Shown here one piece after another: positions 60,401-64,000 of a stretch of DNA of 64,000 bases. The DNA comes from Podarcis tiliguerta (Eukaryota), in assembly GCA_965153285.1 (NCBI GenBank), contig OZ229110.1. One strand, written 5' to 3'. Below the pieces are notes generated by a model. It made no database searches, had not been told where the DNA came from, and saw nothing but the letters and a program-made list of their open reading frames with translations. A program made the position numbers and the translations under genes. Each line of letters opens with the position of its first letter. Position 1 is the first letter of the stretch.

Positions 60401-62882
60401 TAATCGCCATCTCCCTCCTCAAAGTAAAACCTTTCAGTGGGGATTAAAATCCCATCATTCTGCATCCATGTTACAATTGGCAGCGGTTCTGCAGATATTA
60501 AGCATTCAAGTACCACCGAATCCCCTTCTCTACATCTAACGTGTTGTTGAATTTCTTTTAAGATTTTGGGGGGTTCATGAGCCACATCAAAGGAAAATTT
60601 AAACTTATGCTTTAGTCCCGCAGAAGTTTGTTCTTCAGGGGGTTCTTCAGGCACAAACTCAACAAACTGAGTTAATTCTTTAAATTCTTCATCTTGCTCT
60701 GGAGTTGGGGTTGGAGCGGTTATTTTTATTTCCACAGGAAGTGAAAGCAGATCTGGATCAGAAATGCAAGGTCTGGGCAGGTTAATCTGTGGAGGCAGGA
60801 GAGTGGCTCTGCCATCCATACTTAAATCAGGTTCATCTTTTTTTGAATACTCAAATGCCAAACTGAGTTCCTCTTCCTCTTCCGCATAGTCTGGTGAAAG
60901 CTCAACTTTACATATACTGAATGGTTCAAATTCAGGCTTTTCCTTTACTTTCACTTTTAGCGTTCCTGAACTTGTAGCAGTCCCATGCTGGTTAAATATC
61001 ACACAAGTAATGGAGCCTTCCTGATCACAGACAATGGTGGAGAACGTCAGTGTAGAACTATTTTCTGTGGTTCTGATGTTACATTCTTGGTTACGTGACA
61101 GCGGCTTGTCATTGTTATACCAAGTGACTGTGACCTGTGGATGGCCTTGGAAATCGCAATTAAAAATACAGCTCTCTCCTTCGTTTACTTCTTGCGATTC
61201 AATTTCATGAACAAAGAAAGGGGGGCATGGCTCCAGATATTTCGGAAGAGGCCTCACCAATTTGTCAGGTGGTTCTGCTATCTCTGTTTCTGTTTCAGTG
61301 ACCTCAGCCAATGCAGACTCTTCAGTTTCAAGGGAGCATTTGTTTACTGACATTGCCGTTTCTACAGTTTTGCTCATTTCCCTGATCTCAAAAACAGGCG
61401 CAGGTTCATTAATGTTCAATGTGATTGTATCAGACATCATCATATCAGGTTTCCCTCTTTCACTGACATCATCGTTCCCTCTCTCACTGACATCATCTTT
61501 CTCCCTCTCACTGACATCATCAGTCAAAAGTACATATACCAGGGGAGAGGGGTTTTTCTTAATGTTTTTTGTTGCCTTGAAGTCCTGAGTATCCATTCTT
61601 GCTTCTTCTGATTTTCCATGGGTATAAGTATGGTTCATCCATCTTGTGTTCCCGATTGCCTTTGGATCTGTTTCTGGAACTTGTGGTTTCACGTTCCCTT
61701 TAGAGGCTACTACCTCCTGTCTCCGGAACATTCCTCCCCTATTGCTTTTATCAGGAAAATCCTGGAGAATCTGAGGAGGTCCAGGAAGGCCCAGTATCCG
61801 TTCCATTCTAACCTGAAATTTTTCTGGTGTTTTCTCAAGCTCCCTGCTAGAACTTCCTACAGTAACTTCTTTAGTGCCTGACGCTGTCGGTAACATGGCC
61901 TTTTCATTAATCTGCTCTATTGTTTGGAAAGCAAGTCCCTTTGTCTCTACGTGAGATGCTGCACAGATTGAACGAGCCGACGGGCCTCTTTTATTTCCAA
62001 TTCCTACAATTTTCGCAGAGGGAAGGTGTTCCTCTGTCGATCCCTGTGATAGAAGCACTTTTTTCTTTTCCAGCATAGCTTTTTTTGCCTCGCGAAGTCG
62101 CTGCAACTTTTCTTTTGTTTCCTCGTCAAGCAAAGCCTCTCCCTCACTACACCCCCTATCTGCACGCCTGTTTCTTACCCAATCCTTATCGTATACAAAT
62201 CCTTTTCTTAAGGACGAGAGGCTTTCAAAGCTTATGGTCCTCACCATCCCCTTGGTAGGAGAAAAAGCTCTCAGCACTTTCTCGGTTTCCTGCTTCTTAT
62301 CAAACGGAGAACCAATACACCGCAGATCAACTTTGAGCCTATCGTCTCTCCTTTTCTGCACCAGATGTTCTATGCGTTCACAAGTACTCTCTGACTGTCT
62401 CAAAAACTCTAGGTATTTGGCATTTTGTTTGCCACCATGTGCTACCAACAATGAAGCAGTGGACTCAGCTGAACCCTCACTGTTAATAGCAAAAACCTTG
62501 TAACTCCCTGAATCCCTTTCCTGAACTTCTTTTACCTCTAGACTGGAGCTGTGCATATCCATGCAGCTCTCACTTTTTATTCGCCTTCGCAGACTTTGGG
62601 GGATTTGCCTGTTGTTATGGTACCATGTTATTTGGGGCAAAGGAAGGGCACTCAATTTGCACTGGAAAACAACTGGCTCTCCAGCCATAACAGACCGATA
62701 CTTTAACTTTTGTGTGAAAGAAGGTTTCTGTTTCTCTGGCCAGGAATGCATAAATGACATTCCACTTGTGCCCTTCAGATCCGGGAGAGATCCATGTTGC
62801 GGAAGATCTACGGAATCAGCAGAAGCAGCCTGTTTGCCAGCCGGGTTTTCTGCATATTCTGGCTCTTCACCGAAGAACAGTT
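54499..62882 (-). CDS. TTN: Novex-3 alternative terminal exon (human exon 48 equivalent), about 2794 aa, 6 Ig domains plus long acidic unique sequence, ends at TGA
   Basis: 2753-aa ORF extended upstream in frame to acceptor ttttgcag|AA CTG TTC (AG at 62884-62883, phase 1). Ig domains start KPSFTQKLKY, PPFFVHEIES, PPKILKEIQQ, PPAFIKPLTK, PPRFTTPVFD, PPKFMKHISD. RYSTP repeats are typical of Novex-3. Confidence 0.95.
56176..56316 (-). repeat. Coding 24-bp minisatellite, (ERYSTPSE) x6, in Novex-3
   Basis: Unit gatggtgtagaatatcgctcctct on the plus strand. Confidence 0.97.
61450..61521 (-). repeat. Coding 24-bp repeat x3, DDVSER(E/G)(K/N), in Novex-3
   Basis: Unit ttccctctctcactgacatcatc(g/t) on the plus strand. 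Confidence 0.9.
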
Positions 62883-63025
62883 CTGCAAAAGAATACCATT
62901 ACATTACAGCATACTCCGTCCTTTCCATCACACAGTTGGGAAAAGAAATGAAATAGCTATAAATGAAATTAAATAATGAGCATGCAACAGATTCATCACA
63001 AATCCATTAAAAAAAAATTCACTCA

Positions 63026-63426
63026 CCATATTTGTTCGAATAAACGCAACGCCTTGCTCTGTTTTAAAGATTCTGACACGAAAATCGTTCGCTGTCGGTT
63101 CTTTCTTCCAACTGCGGAAATTTCTTCATCAACAAGCAAAATGAATCTCAAAATGACATGTTCCTGTGGGTGCATGTTTTACTGCCTGAAAAGCTTTTTA
63201 TTTTTTATTTTTTGTAATTTTTTTTGCATTTCTTCTTTGCAAAGAAGGGGAGGGGAATCTTACCTGACTTGCAGACAGTAGAATAAACGCCCTTTCTGAT
63301 CCCTTTGATTGTGGGTTAAAATGGTCAAACAATAGAAAAGATATTTTTCAAAGATATGAAAAAAAAAGTCAACTGTAAGTAATTTGCTAAAACAAAATGA
63401 GAAGGCGTTTATTCGAACTAATACAG
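63026..63426. mobile_element. Tc1/mariner-like MITE just upstream of the Novex-3 acceptor
   Basis: 22-bp TIRs CCATATTTGTTCGAATAAACGC (63026-63047) / GCGTTTATTCGAACTAATACAG (63405-63426); internal third copy GAATAAACGC at 63281. Confidence 0.65.
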
Positions 63427-64000
63427 CTGCTAACTTCACAATGTTATGCAAAAAAAGAAAAAAGGAAAGAAAGCAAGCAACATGGCCCAACTATGCTATC
63501 TGCAAGCCAGTGTAAGAATTTCCATAATGGAGAATTAATATCATGTTCATGAAATGGGAGGGCAACAATGGAAACAGGCCCCTTTCCCATCTTGCAAAGT
63601 GTTGCATCTTAAACAGATGCCAGCCCATGGTTTTTGACCAACTCATTCATGTTAGACGACTAATGTGTTCTGAAACCATCCGAAGCAATTCAGTCTAAAA
63701 TTGTCCCATGCATTAGAAGAAGGTATACGAAAGAAAAGCTTTTGCAACCAGCTGCATAGCACGACGTGAAAGTAAAGACGGGCAAATCTGTGAAAATGAA
63801 AAGTTTTAAATGAACTTTAAAACTTGTATCCTTTTTGTAATAATGCAGGTTATCCTGAGCATATTAAAACAAAACATGCAGCATATTCAGATATGCTTCA
63901 GAATATGTTTTGCTTTCTTGGTCATACGTATCAGCTTTTCAAAGGGGTTACTGGGGGTTTTTTTATGCTAAACCTTCCTTTCCATATAAACGTTTGTGTG

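Larger units (their letters stand above)
269..62882 (-). other. TTN: Titin gene, internal I-band portion (Novex-3, N2B, I27-I79, N2A, start of PEVK); continues beyond both window ends
   Basis: Dozens of minus-strand I-set Ig exons (PP.F...C.V.G.P...V.W.K...D.G.Y.C.A.N..G), the diagnostic UN2A sequence IDIMELLKNVDPKEYEKYARMYGITDFRGLLQAFELLKQ and PEVK exons, in the known titin order. Confidence 0.99.

Noticed and set aside
45210-62760. The 1300-aa and 2753-aa ORFs as stand-alone genes
   Set aside because: Both extend upstream in frame to phase-1 splice acceptors (49132 and 62882) and match N2B and Novex-3 in content and order.
269-62884. Non-canonical (GC-AG or AT-AC) introns
   Set aside because: Every boundary I assigned is GT-AG; the oddity is limited to donor positions +3 to +5.
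1-64000. A novel multi-gene, prokaryotic or viral system
   Set aside because: All credible coding sequence is explained by spliced titin exons on one strand. The rest is intron with squamate repeats, and I saw no transposase, reverse transcriptase or viral ORF.

Overview
This window is an internal 64 kb piece of a vertebrate titin gene (TTN) on the minus strand. The host is a squamate reptile, most likely a lacertid lizard, judging from an intact Sauria SINE and other squamate repeats. Reading from high to low coordinates I can place 71 exons with AG/GT boundaries and consistent phase: the giant terminal Novex-3 exon (62882-54499, own stop codon), the cardiac N2B exon (49132-45269), I27, I28/I29, fifty single-Ig exons I30-I79 (three 6-domain plus three 10-domain super-repeats, then I78 and I79), the N2A element (I80, UN2A, I81-I83) and the first PEVK exons. 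Neither the gene start nor the full-length end is in the window. Domain and exon numbers are transferred from the human scheme by counting and by recalled sequence similarity, not by a database search. I found no new multi-gene system. The best leads are: (i) a hidden 74-residue (222 nt) periodicity in an enlarged N2B unique sequence; (ii) block-wide non-consensus splice donors on I30-I79 (38 of 50 have a pyrimidine at +3, none is GTRAG); (iii) duplicated, possibly folded acidic modules and repeated short motifs in an enlarged Novex-3; (iv) several transposon-derived RNA structures, including a decayed hammerhead ribozyme and a hairpin carrying poly(A) signals on both strands behind Novex-3.
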